DNA from: Octopus vulgaris
Taxonomy: Eukaryota
Length of the DNA: 64,000 nt
Assembly (NCBI GenBank): GCA_951406725.2
Contig: OX597833.1
Span: 45,694,001 to 45,758,000, forward strand
Direction: 5' to 3'
Part shown: positions 27,401 through 40,790 of the stretch, piece after piece
How positions within the stretch are numbered: the stretch's first letter is position 1
How the letters are laid out: each line of letters opens with the position of its first letter
Position numbers and translations under genes: made by a program
The notes under the pieces: model-generated
What the model was told of the DNA's origin: nothing
The model's database searches: none
The model's input: only the letters and a program-made list of their open reading frames with translations

Positions 27401-30400
27401 ATTTTCATTTTCTGTAGCATGCTGAGCAACCGTTCATTATTGGTTATCTACACGGCGTGCATTTCTTTGGCTACCATTTTTTGTTGCACGAGGTGCTTCA
27501 GTTCATTGTTGGCTATCTACACGGCGTGCATTTCTTTGGTTATCATTTTTTGTTGCACGAGGTGCTACAGTTCTTTATTGGCTATCTACACGGCGTGCAT
27601 TTCCTTGGCAAACATATTTTTTTTGCACGACGTGCTTCAGTTCTTTAGTGGCTATCTACACGTCGTGAATTCCTTCGATTTTCATTTTCTGTAGCACGCT
27701 CAGCTGCCGTTCATTATTGGTTATCTACACGGCGTGCATTTCCTTGGAAAACATTCTTTGTTGCACGAGGTGCTTCAGTTCTTTATTGGCTATCTACACG
27801 TCGTGAATTCCTTTGATCTTCATTTTTTGTAGCACGCTGAGCTGCTGTTCATTATTGGTTATCTACACGGCGTGCATCTCTTTGGCATTCATATCCTGTA
27901 GTACGCTGAACAACCTTTCTTTGTTGGGTATCTACACGGCGTGCATTTATTTGGCATTACTTTTCTGTTGCTCGATGTATTGCCTTTCTTTGATGGCTAT
28001 CTACACGGCGTTCATTTCTTTGGCATTCATGTTCTGGTGCACGCTGACGGGTCTTTCTTTGTTGGCTATCTACACGTTGTGCAATACTTTGACGTCCATT
28101 TTCTGTTGCACGACAAGATGCTGTTCATTTTTGGCTATATGCCCGTCTTGCTATACTTTGACTTTCCTGTTCTCTTACACGACAAGCTGCTGTTCTTTGT
28201 TGGGCATCTACACGACATGCATTCCTTTGATTTTCATTTTCTCTAGAACGAGGAGTTGCCGTCCATTGTTGGTTATCTACACGTCGTGTATGTCTGACTT
28301 TCATAGTTTACTGGTAGTCGAGCTCCCGTTATTCGTTGGCTATCTACACGTCGTGCATTACTTTTACTTTCATTTTCTGTTGCACAACAAGATGCTGCTC
28401 AGTTTTGGCTATATACACGTCTGTCATTGCTTTGATTTTCATTTTCTGTTGCAAGCCGAGCTGAAGTTCGTTGTTTGATATCTACACGGCGTGCATTTCT
28501 TTGGCAAACATTTCTTGTTGCACGACGTGCTTCAGTTCTTTATTGGCTATCTACACGACGTGAATTCCTTTGATTTTCATTTCTGTAGCACGCTGAGCTG
28601 CCGTTCATAATTGGTTATCTACACGGCGTGCATTTCTTTGGCAAGCATTTTTTGTTGCACGACGTGCTTCAGTTCTTTGTTGGCTATCTACACGGCGTGC
28701 ATTTCTTTGGCAAACATCTTTTGTTGCACGACGTGCTTCAGTTCTTTATTGGCTATCTACACGACGTGAATTCCTTTGATTTTCATTTTCTGTAGCATGC
28801 TGAACTGCCGTTCATTATTGGTTAGCTACACGGCGTGCATTTCTTTGGCTAACAATTTTTGTTGTACGAAGTGCTTCAGTTCTTTGTTGGCTATCTACAC
28901 GGCGTGCATTTCTTTGGTAATCATTTTTTGTTGCACGAGGTGCTTCAGTTCTTTATTGGCTATCTACACGGCGTGCATTTCCTTGGCAAACATTTTTTGT
29001 TGCACGAGGTGCTTCAGTTCTTTAGTGGCTATCTACACGTCGTGAATTCCTTCGATTTTCATTTTCTCAGCTGCCGTTCATAATTGGTTATCTACACGGC
29101 GTGCATTTCTTTGGCAAACATTTTTTGTTGCACAACGTGCTTCAGTTCTTTATTGGCTATCTACACGACGTGAATTCTTTTGATTTTCATTTTCTGTAGC
29201 ACGCTGAGCTGCCGTTCATTATTGGTTATCTACACGGCGTGCATTTCTTTGGCCTTCATATCCTGTAGTTCGCTGAACAACCTTTCTTTGTTGGCTATCT
29301 ACACGTCGTGCAATACTTTGACGTCCATTTTCTGTTGCACGACAAGATGCTGTTCATTTTTGGCTATATGCACGTCTAGCTATACTTTGACTTTCCTGTT
29401 CTCTTACACAAGCTGCTGTTATTTGTTGGGTATCTACACGACATGCATTTCTTCGGCAAACATCTTTTGTTGCACGACGTGCTTTAGTTCTTTATTGGTT
29501 ATCTACACGACGTGAATTCCTTTGAATTTCATTTTCTGTAGCATGCTGAGCTGCCGTTCATTATTGGTTATCTACACGGCGTGCATATCTGTGGCAAACA
29601 TTTTTTGTTGCACGACGTGCTTCAGTTCTTTGATGGCTATCTACACGGCGTGCATTTCTTTGGCAAACATCTTTTGTTGCACGACGTGCTTCAGTTCTTT
29701 ATTGGCTATCTACACGGCGTGCATTTATTCGGCAAACATTTTTTATGGCACGACGTGCTTCAGTTATTTATTGGTTATCTACACGACGTGAATTCCTTTG
29801 AATTTCATTTTCTGTAGCACGCTGAGCAGCCGTTCATTATTGGTTATCGACACGGCGTGCATTTCTTTGGCAAACATCTTTTGTTGCACGACGTGCTTCA
29901 GTTTTTATTGGCTATCTACACGGTGTGCATTTCTTTGGCAAACATTTTTTGTTGCACGACGTGCTTCAGTACTTTATTGGCTATCTACACGACGTGAATG
30001 CCTTTGACTTCCATTTTCTGTAGCACGCTGAGCAGCCGTTCATTATTGGTTATCTACACGGCGTGCATTTCTTTGGCATTCATATCCTGTAGTTCGCTGA
30101 AAAACCTTTCTTTGTTAGCTATCTACACGGCGTGTATCTATTTGGCATGAGTTCTCTGTTGCTCGATGTATTGCCTTTCTTTGATGGCTATCTACACGGC
30201 GTTCATTTCTTTGAATTTCATTTTCTGTAGCATGCTGAGCTGCCGTTCATTATTGGTTATCTACACGGCATGCATTTCCTTGGCAAACATTTTTTGTTGC
30301 ACGACGTGCTTCAGATCTTTGTTGGTTATCTACACGGCGTGTATTACTTTGGCAAACATTTTGTGTTGCACGACGTGCTTCAGTTCTTCATTGGCTATCT

Positions 30401-33400
30401 ACACGACGTGAATTCCTTTGATTTTCATTTTCTGTAGCATGCTGAGCAACCGTTCATTATTGGTTATCTACACGGCGTGCATTTCTTTGGCTACCATTTT
30501 TTGTTGCACGAGGTGCTTCAGTTCATTGTTGGCTATCTACACGGCGTGCATGTCTTTGGTTATCATTTTTTGTTGCACGAGGTGCTACAGTTCTTTATTG
30601 GCTATCTACACGGCGTGCATTTCCTTGGCAAACATTTTTATTTGCACGACGTGCTTCAGTTCTTTAGTGGCTATCTACACGTCGTGAATTCCTTCGATTT
30701 TCATTTTCTGTAGCACGCTCAGCTGCCGTTCATTATTGGTTATCTACACGGCGTGCATTTCCTTGGAAAACATTCTTTGTTGCACGAGGTGCTTCAGTTC
30801 TTTATTGGCTATCTACACGTCGTGAATTCCTTTGATCTTCATTTTCTGTAGCACGCTGAGCTGCTGTTCATTATTGGTTATCTACACGGCGTGCATCTCT
30901 TTGGCATTCATATCCTGTAGTACGCTGAACAACCTTTCTTTGTTGGGTATCTACACGGCGTGCATTTATTTGGCATTACTTTTCTGTTGCTCGATGTATT
31001 GCCTTTCTTTGATGGCTATCTACACGGCGTTCATTTCTTTGGCATTCATGTTCTGGTGCACGCTGACGGGTCTTTCTTTGTTGGCTATCTACACGTTGTG
31101 CAATACTTTGACGTCCATTTTCTGTTGCACGACAAGATGCTGTTCATTTTTGGCTATATGCCCGTCTTGCTATACTTTAACTTTCCTGTTCTCTTACACG
31201 ACAAGCTGCTGTTCTTTGTTGGGCATCTACACGACATGCATTCCTTTGATTTTCATTTTCTCTAGAACGAGGAGTTGCCGTCCATTGTTGGTTATCTACA
31301 CGTCGTGTATGTCTGACTTTCATAGTTTACTGGTAGTCGAGCTCCCGTTATTCGTTGGCTATCTACACGTCGTGCATTACTTTTACTTTCATTTTCTGTT
31401 GCACAACAAGATGCTGCTCAGTTTTGGCTATATACACGTCTGTCATTGCTTTGATTTTCATTTTCTGTTGCAAGCCGAGCTGAAGTTCGTTGTTTGATAT
31501 CTACACGGCGTGCATTTCTTTGGCAAACATTTCTTGTTGCACGACGTGCTTCAGTTCTTTATTGGCTATCTACACGACGTGAATTCCTTTGATTTTCATT
31601 TCTGTAGCACGCTGAGCTGCCGTTCATAATTGGTTATCTACACGGCGTGCATTTCTTTGGCAAGCATTTTTTGTTGCACGACGTGCTTCAGTTCTTTGTT
31701 GGCTATCTACACGGCGTGCATTTCTTTGGCAAACATCTTTTGTTGCACGACGTGCTTCAGTTCTTTATTGGCTATCTACACGACGTGAATTCCTTTGATT
31801 TTCATTTTCTGTAGCATGCTGAACTGCCGTTCATTATTGGTTATCTACACGGCGTGCATTTCTTTGGCTAACAATTTTTGTTGCACGAAGTGCTTCAGTT
31901 CTTTGTTGGCTATCTACACGGCGTGCATTTCTTTGGCAAACATTTTTTGTTGCACGAGGTGCTTCAGTTCTTTATTGGCTATCTACACGGTGTGCATTTC
32001 TTTGGAAAACATTTTTTGTTGCACGAGGTGCTTCAGTTCTTTATTGGCTATCTACACGACGTGAATTCCTTAGATCTTCATTTTTTGTAGCACGCGGAGC
32101 TGCCGTTCATTATTGGTTATCTACACGGCGTGCATCTCTTTGGCATTCATATCCTGTAGTACGCTGAACAACCTTTCTTTGTTGGCTATCTACACGGCGT
32201 GCATTTCTTTGGCACTATTATTTTGTTGCTCGATGTATTGCCTTTCTTTGATGGCTATCTACACGGCGTTCATTTCTTTGGCATTCATGTTCTGGTGCAC
32301 GCTGACGGGTCTTTCTTTGTTGGCTATCTACACGTTGTGCAATACTTTGACGTCCATTTTCTGTTGCACGACAAGATGCTGTTCATTTTTGGCTATATGC
32401 CCGTCTTGCTATACTTTGACTTTCCTGTTCTCTTACACGACAAGCTGCTGTTCTTTGTTGGGCATCTACACGACATGCATTCCTTTGATTTTCATTTTCT
32501 CTAGAACGAGGAGTTGCCGTTCATTGTTGGTTATCTACCCGTCGTGTATGTCTGACTTTCATAGTCTACTGGTAGTCGAGCTGCCGTTATTCTTTGGCTA
32601 TCTACACGTCGTGCATTACTTTGACATTCATTTTCAGTTGGACCCCAAGCTGCCGTTCTTCGTTGGCTATCTACACGTCGAGCATTACTTTTACTTTCAT
32701 TTTCTGTTGCACAACAAGATGCTGTTCATTTTTGGCTATATACACGTCTGTCATTGCTTTGATTTTCATTTTCTGTTGCAAGCCGAGCTGAAGTTCGTTG
32801 TTTGCTATCTACACGGCGTGCATTTCTTTGGCAAACATTTCTCGTTGCACGACGTGCTTCAGTTCTTTATTGGCTATCTACGCGACGTGAATTCCTTTGA
32901 TTTTCATTTTCTGTAGCACGCTGAGCTGCCGTTCATAATTGGTTATCTACACGGCGTGCATTTCTTTGGCAAACATTTTTTGTTGCACGACGTGCTTCAG
33001 TTCTTTGTTGGCTATCTACACGGCGTGCATTTCTTTGGCAAACATCTTTTGTTGCATGACGTGCTTCAGCTGTTTATTGGCTATCTACACGACGTGAATT
33101 CCTTTGATTTTCATTTTCTGTAGCACACTGAGCTGCCGTTCATTATTGGTTATCTACACGGCGTGCATTTCTTTGGCAAACATTTTTTGTTGCACGACGT
33201 GCTTCAGTTCTTTATTGGTTATCTACACGACGTGCATTCCTTTGGCTTTCATTTCCTGCTTCACGTCGAGCTGTTGTTCTTCGTTGGCTATCTACACGTC
33301 GTGCCTGTCTTTTGCATTCATCCTCTGTTGCACGATGACCTTCCTTTGATTTTTATTTTCTGTAGCACGCTGAGCTGCCGTTCATTATTGCTTATTTACA

Positions 33401-36400
33401 CGGCGTGCATTTCTTTGGCAAATATTTTTTGTTGCACGACGTGCTTCAGTTCTTTAGTGGCTATCTACACGTCGTGTATTCCTTTGATTTTCATTTTCTG
33501 TTTCACGCCGATCTGCCGTTCTTTGTTGGCTATCTACACGGCGTGCATTTCTTTGGCAATAATTTTTTGTTGCACGCTGATCTACTTTTCTTTGTTGGCT
33601 ATGTACACGTTGTGCATTACTTTGAATTTCATTTTCTGTTGCACGACGTGCTTCAGCTCTGTGTTGGCTATCTACACGGCGTGCATTTCTTTGGCATTAG
33701 TTTCCTGTTGCATGCTGACCTGCCTTACTTTTTTGGCTATCTACACGTCGTGCTTTGACTTTCATCTTCTGTTGCACGACAAGCTGCTGTTCGTTGGTTG
33801 CTATCTACACGACGTGCATTCTTTTGACTTTTATTTCATGCTGTAAGTCGGGCTGCCGTTCTTCGTTGGCTATCTACACGTCGTGTATTACTTTGGCTTT
33901 AATTTTCTGTTGCACGACAAGCTGCCGTTCTTTGTTGGCTACTACACGGCGTGCAATACTTTCACATTCATGTTGCACAACAAGCTGCTGTTCTTTGTTG
34001 GGTATCTACACTACGTGCATTCCTTTCATTTTCCTTTTCTGTAGCACGAGGATTTGCCATTCATTGCCGGCTATCTCCACGTGGTGCATTCCTTTGATTT
34101 TAATTTTCTGTTGCACGCCGAGCTGCCGTTCGTTGTTTGCTATCTACACGTCATGCACTTCTTTGGCATTCATTTTCTGTTACACGTTGACCCGCCTTTC
34201 ATTGTTGGCTATCTACACGTCGTGCATTACTTTAGCTAAAATATTTTGTTTGCACGAAGTGCTTCATTTCTTTGTTGTCTATCTACACGACGTGCAATCC
34301 TTTGATTTTCATTTTCTGTAGCACGAGAAGTTGCCGTACATTGTGGGCTATCTACACGTCGAGCATGTCTTTGACCTTCATTGTCTGCTGCAAGTCGAGC
34401 TGCCGTTATTCGTTGGCTATTTACACGGCGTGCATTTCTTTGCCATTCGTTTTCTGTTGCACGCTGAGCTGCTTTTCTTTGTTGGCTATTTATACGACGT
34501 TGTTCCCTTGATTTTCATTTTCTGTTGCACGCCGTGCTGCCGTTCATTGTTGGGTATCTACACGGCGTGCATTTCTTTGGCATTCATTTCTTTGTTGTCT
34601 ATCTACACGACGTGCATTCCTTTGATTTTCATTTTCTGTAGCACGAGAAGTTGCCGTACATTGTGGGCTATCTACACGTCGAGCATGTCTTTGACCTTCA
34701 TTGTCTGCTGCAAGTCGAGCTGCCGTTATTCGTTGGCTATTTACACGGCGTGCATTTCTTTGGCATTCACTTTCTGATGCACGCTGACCTGCATTTCATT
34801 GTTGGCTATCTACACGGCGTGTATTACTTTGACTTTCATATTCTGTTTGCACGTTGCGCTTCATTTCCTTGTTGGCTATCTACACGACGTGCAATCCTTT
34901 GATTTTCATTTTCTATAGCGCAAGGTGCTGCCGTTCGTTGTTGGCTATCTACACGTCGTGCATTTCTTTAGCTCTCATCTCCCACTGCCCGTCGAGCTGC
35001 CGTTCTTCGTTGGCTAACTACACGGCATTCATTTTTTCTTGCTCGAAGAGCTGTTTGCTATCTACTCGTCGTGCATTTCTTTGCCTTGTATTTTCTTTTG
35101 ACGACGAGCGGCCGTTGTTTGTTGGCTATCTACACGGCCCGCATTTCTTTGGCTATCACTTCCTGTCGTACGACGGCCTGCCGTTCTTTGTTGGCTATCT
35201 ACACGTCGTTCAATTCGTTGACTCCTATTTCATGTTGCACGACGAGCTGCCGTTCTCTGATGGCTATCTACACGTTGTGCATATATTTGGCTTTCATTTA
35301 TTGTTGCACGTCAAGCTGCCTTTCTTCGTTGGCTATCTACACACCATGCATTTCTTTGGCATTCATTTTCTATTGCACGTCGGCCTGCCGTTCTTTATTG
35401 GCTATCTACACGGCGTGCATTTCTTTAACTTTCATTTCCTATTGCACGAATACATATCGTTCCTTGTTGGCTATTTACATTTCTTTCAATCTCGTGTTCT
35501 GTTGCCCGACGAGCTGTCCTTCTTCATGCATTTCCTTGGCTTTTACATTCAACTGCCCGTCAAGCTGCCGTTGTTTTTATCTATCGACACGTCGTCAATT
35601 TCTCTGGCTTTAATTTTTGTTGCACGACGAGCTGCCGTTCTTTGACGTCGTGCATTACTTTGACTTTCATTTTCTGTCGCACGTTGAGGTGCCGTTTATT
35701 TGTTGACTATCGAAACGTCGTGCATTTCTTTGGCATTCATTTTCTGTTGCACGAAGAGCTGCCTTTCTTTGTTGGCTATCTACACGATATGCATTTCATG
35801 GGCTTTCCTGCTGCACGCCGAGCTGCTGCTTGTGTTGGATATCTACTCGACGTGTAATTTTGCCTTTCGTTTTCTGCTGCACAAGGAGCTGACGTTCTGT
35901 GTTGGCTATCTACACGCCGTGCATTTTTTGATTCTCATTTTCTGTTACACGACGAGCTGCCCTTCTTGGTTGGCTATCTACAAATCGTGCAATTCTTTGG
36001 CCTTCATTTGCTGTCGCTCAACATGCTGCCGTTTTTTGTTGGCTATGTACACGCCGTGCATTTCTGTGGCTTTTATTTTCTGTTGCACCAAGAGCTTTTG
36101 ACTATTTACACGTCCTGCAATTTTTTGGCTTTCATTTCCTGTTGCACGAAGAGCAGCCGTTTTTTTATGGCTATCTACACGTCGTGCATTTCTTTGGCTT
36201 TCATTTCCTGTTGCACGACGGCCTGCCGTTCTTCGTTGGCTATCAACACGGCGAGCATTTCTTTGACTTCAATTTTCTGTTGCACGAAGAGCTGTTGGCT
36301 ATCTACACGTCGTGCATATCTTTGACTTTCATTTTCTGTTGCACCTCGAACTGCCGTTCTGTGTTGGCTATCTATACAACGTGCATTCCTTTGGCTCGCA

Positions 36401-37290
36401 TTTCCGGTGCACGAAGGGCTGCCGTTATTTAATGGCTATGTACACGTCGTGTATTTCTTTAGATTTCATTTTGTGTTGCACGACGAGATGCCGTTCTTTG
36501 TTTACTATCTACACGTCGTGCATTACTTTGGCTTTTATTTTTTGTTGCACGTTCACCTGCCGTTTTATTTGGCTATCTACATGTCGTGCTTTTCTTCGAC
36601 TTTCATTTTCTGTTGCACGATGAACTGCCGTTCTTTGTTGACTACTTATACGTCGTGCATTTCATTGGCTTTCATTTTTTGTTGCACGACGAGCTGTCGT
36701 TCTTTGTTGGCTATCTACACGTCGTGCAATTCGTTGACTTTCATTTTATGTTGCACGACGAGCTGTCGTTCTTTGTTGGCTATCTACACGTCGTGCAATT
36801 CGTTGACTTTCATTTTATGTTGCACGACGAGCTGTCGCTCTTTGTTGGCTATCTACACGTCGTGCAATTCGTTGACTTTCATTTTATGTTGCACGACGAG
36901 CTGTCGTTTTTTGTTGGCTATCTACACGTCGTGCATTTCTTTGGCTTTTATTTTCTGTTGCTCGAAGAGCCGTTGGCTATCTACACCTCGTGCATTTCTT
37001 TGGCTTTCATTTTCTGTTGCACGACGCGAGGCCGTTTTTGTTGGCTATCTACACGTCCTGCATTTCTTGATTCTCATTTTTTGTTTCACGATGACTGCCG
37101 TTGTTTGTTGGCTATCTTCGCGTCGTAAATTTCTTTGGCTTTCATTTCCTGTTGCACGATGACCAGCCGTTTTTTTTTGTTGGCTATCTACACGTCGTGC
37201 TTTTCATTGGCTTCCATTTTTTTGTTGCACGACGAGGTTGGCTATCTTCACGTTGTGCATTTCTTTGGCTTTCATTTTCTGTTATTCTGC
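21404..37290 (-). repeat. ~16 kb tandem array of a 69-bp unit (~230 copies) encoding a degenerate 23-aa STPR-like repeat on the minus strand
   Basis: The + consensus gttggctatctacacgtcgtgcatttctttggctttcattttctgttgcacgacgagctgccgttcttt is 69 nt. ORF 22117-22671 (-) shows the 23-aa period NARRVDSQQRTAARRATENESQR. Confidence 0.95.
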
Positions 37291-37456
37291 CTGTCTGCAT
37301 TTCGTGCATTTCTTCGATGTTCGGTTGCAGATGTACATCGAACCTTCTTTCTTTGTCGATCATCTGGCAGCCGTTCGCGTTTCTTATCTTCGTTTTCTGC
37401 TGCGCGTCCTGAGTTTCTTTGGTGTTCGTGTTTTGATGCTCTTTTTTAGGAGACAT
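37184..37456 (-). pseudogene. Unique N-terminus of the repeat-protein ORF (MSPKK...), frameshifted
   Basis: ATG at 37456. Adding one A to the A-run gives MSPKKRASKHEHQRNSGRAAENEDKKRERLPDDRQRKKVRCTSATEHRRNARNADRQ, which grades into the repeat. Confidence 0.6.
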
Positions 37457-37520
37457 TTTTTGATAAGAAATATCAGTATGTAGTAGTCAAATGAAATTAC
37501 AAATGCTTATCTTGTCAGTG

Positions 37521-37725
37521 TTAGAGCTGAATTTTTGACGCTATATATACAGGAATGCAAGGCAAGGCGTTGTGTGATAGAGAAGTTGGAATGCAATCTT
37601 GGGATATTATCTTGATGTTTCTGACATCTCTTTTTATCATACCCAGGGCACCCACAATAACAGGAACAGCTCTCGCTTTAAGATGCCACATCTTTTGTAT
37701 TTCAATTTCCAGATCCTTATTTGGG
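37521..37725 (-). mobile_element. Short 3' fragment of an RLE-type (R4/Dong-like) non-LTR retrotransposon
   Basis: KDLEIEIQKMWHLKARAVPVIVGALGMI is a typical C-terminal RLE motif. Duplicate at 46101-46305. Confidence 0.7.
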
Positions 37726-38009
37726 TGTGTCAATTTGAATAACTTACTAAAAATCTAATTTGGTAGTGAAATTATTTTGCCTTCTTACTCCCTTACTTCA
37801 GATATATATATATATACCAAAATGGATTAACAAAACTCTAACTTACATCAGTTTTATCTTAAATTATCAATATGGTGTTGTTTTGAAACAATAACTGAAA
37901 ATTTAGATGAAAAACTGATTAGACTCAAAATATTATTCATATATTATCTTTTAATTGGTTAAATGAATCTTATATTATCTTTAAATTGGTTAAATGAATT
38001 TTACTCTTT

Positions 38010-39315
38010 TCAGATATTCACAAGGTGTTAATACTGAAGACTAGAGGCCAGATGTTATCCCACTTGAGCTTGTTAATTGGTACACCGAAAGAGATTCCTG
38101 TATCAGAGCTTCCAACAGTGAGAGACAGTTTAAGACCTGGGTTACTACTTCGGTTACAAAATTCCAAGGACAGAAGGAACTATACAGATTAGGTACTCAT
38201 ACATGATATAATACCCCACCTTCGCGACAGTGCACAATTCAAACCGCGAGTGATCATACAGTGTCGAACAACTGAGATAAAGCTAATGAGATTGTGGCGG
38301 AAAGTAGTGCACACATCACATGGTAAATGAAAAATGCTTTTCTACACTCATTTGATACACTGTTCGATATTTTGAGCTGCAAGTGTTCAATAGTTTTGTG
38401 TTTAAAAGAGGATTGTTCTCCCACTTGTAAGAGAGGAAATCACTCCCACATTGACTGTATTTGTCCTCCCTCGTGAAAAGAAGATACCTTTTCTAGAGCT
38501 AGATTCCATAAGCTCACCGAGGACAAAAACAGGAGGGCAAGGCAGTATGCAAATGGGCCGAACTAATTATAAAGAAATAAGAGACATATTTCTACTGAAA
38601 AAAGGAAAAAGCTTTGGTAAAGAGAGGGAAGAAAAGAAGAGAATGAAGAGTGAAGTCATGCAAAGAGAAGAACAGCACAGCCATGATGTTTATCAGTTGT
38701 TTGATAATGAAAAAAATGAAGTAATGTCAGATGAAAATTCTAAAGAATCTTCTGAAGCCATACCAAAGAGGAAAATATAATAAAAAAAAACATTTTAAAA
38801 TTTGCATTAGCTAGTATTCGTCACCATATCGAACTCCATGTTGCTGTTGAAATTGCAACTGCCGCTTGGATAGATGCAAGCCTCATCAGTCAATGGGATT
38901 CATCCTTGGTTATAGATCATAGACTGAGATATCTGATCAGCAAGAGAAAGAATTAAAAGGAGGGCTCTTCTGTCTTTTGTTTGAGGGAAGAATAGACGAA
39001 ACCAAAGTTGTGGTTGAAGTAGGTGGAATTTCCAGAAAATTTCCAGGTCTAATTAAAGAAGAGCACTACACTGTCTGCTCTGAACCTGGTGGTTAGTTTT
39101 TGTTTCATTTTACACTTGAAGCTGAATTGGAAATGAAAAAATATGCAGAGGTAATTGCTGAAAATATTTTATTCTGGCTTCAAGAGAGAAGGCTTGAAAA
39201 TTGAGTGCGAGTAATTGGTGGGGATTCAACAGCAGGCTGGAAGGGAGCTGTAATGAGTTATTTAGAGAAAAAACCTTGATAGAAGACTTATTTGGATTGT
39301 ATGTGATGAATTAAG
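38010..39315 (+). mobile_element. Decayed hAT-superfamily (hATm-like) transposase
   Basis: Fragments TLFDILSCKC...HIDCICP.REKKIPFLEL, LFEGRIDET...KEEHYTVCSEPGG and IGGDST.GWKGAVMSYLEKK, broken by stops and frameshifts. Duplicate at ~46590-47895. Confidence 0.6.
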
Positions 39316-39556
39316 CACCAATTGCGTACTGCGGTCGATCTAATCGACTGGCTCCCTCCCACCAAAAATTCGGCTCTTGAGCATAGAGGAGAAAAAAATT
39401 TGTCCATGTTGTTTGTAAATAGCGATTAAAACTTACAGTGAAAACAATAGCGATTGAACTTAAAGTGAAAACAATATTGTCTGAAAAATGAAAGTGAAAA
39501 GAATACAGAGTGAGTGAGAGATATATATATAGAGAGAACTTGCTAGTTAGACAAAT

Positions 39557-39635
<79 letters not shown>

Positions 39636-40082
39636 GACATAGATAGATAGATACAGAGAGATAGATATAGAGATGGATAGAGAAATATCTAGAGATTTAG
39701 AGAGGTAGAAATAGACAGAGATGGATAGAGAGATGTAGACGTCACTGACGCTAGAAAACTGAAAGTAAATATTTTAAAAACTCTCAAGGACGTGAATCTA
39801 ATATAAAAAACATTTTCCTGACCAATTGATATGAGAGGACAATCAATTTCTGAAAGTTATGTCGCAAAGAGTTACCTCCCTTCTTCCCGTAACCCAGGAA
39901 TGGATGTTTTCTGTCACATTGGGCCTGTTACTCATTACGTGAAAAATTTTAAGAGTCTAAAACCATCCATGAAACATTAGTAATGTATTTTCCTAGCTTG
40001 GAGAATATCAGTTGAAAAATACGGCCGTTATAATCTTTTACACACAGACACAGAGGACGGGATTCATATTATATATATATAC

Positions 40083-40141
<59 letters not shown>

Positions 40142-40234
40142 TATATTCTTTGTACCTATGTATTTATAAAACGTTAAAATATCAAACAAGAATTTGAGAC
40201 ATTTAAAATTTATCTAAAACCATAAACTAATGAA

Positions 40235-40384
<150 letters not shown>

Positions 40385-40441
40385 ATATCAATCTATCTAT
40401 CTAGCTAGCTAGCTCACTCTCTCCCTCCCTCTCCCTCTCCC

Positions 40442-40475
<34 letters not shown>

Positions 40476-40476
40476 T

Positions 40477-40692
40477 TCTTTAACTACCCACAAGGGGCTA
40501 AACACAGAGGGAACAAACAAGGACAGACAAAGGGGATTAAGTCGATTACTCGTAACTGGTACTTAATTTATCGACCCCGAAAGGATGAAAGGCAAGTCGA
40601 CCTCGGCGGAACTTGAACTCAGAACGTAACGGCAGACGAAAAACGGCCACGCATTTCGCCCGGCGTGCTAACGTTTCTGCCAGCTCGCCGCC
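40477..40692 (-). mobile_element. SINE family B (Nin-domain-like)
   Basis: ctggtacttaatttatcgaccccgaaaggatgaaaggcaagtcgacctcggcgga resembles the Nin-SINE central domain. Duplicate at ~49038-49268. Confidence 0.65.
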
Positions 40693-40753
40693 TTGTCATT
40701 ATATATATATATATATTATATATGTGTATGTTGTGTACGTATGTATGTTTACC

Positions 40754-40790
<37 letters not shown>

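Noticed and set aside
21404-37290. CRISPR array or repeat-spacer system
   Set aside because: There are no unique spacers, since the whole 69-bp unit is homologous between copies. There are no cas genes and the context is eukaryotic.
21414-37483. Dozens of plus-strand Cys-rich (LAIYTSCISLAFIFCC) and His/Phe-rich (VGYLHVVHFF) ORFs
   Set aside because: These are antisense shadows of the 69-bp repeat. The plus frames are open simply because the consensus lacks stops, and the only unique start region lies on the minus strand.
39700-40075. Additional Helitron-like element on the minus strand
   Set aside because: The 5'-like end is suggestive, but there is no convincing 3' hairpin plus CTRR.
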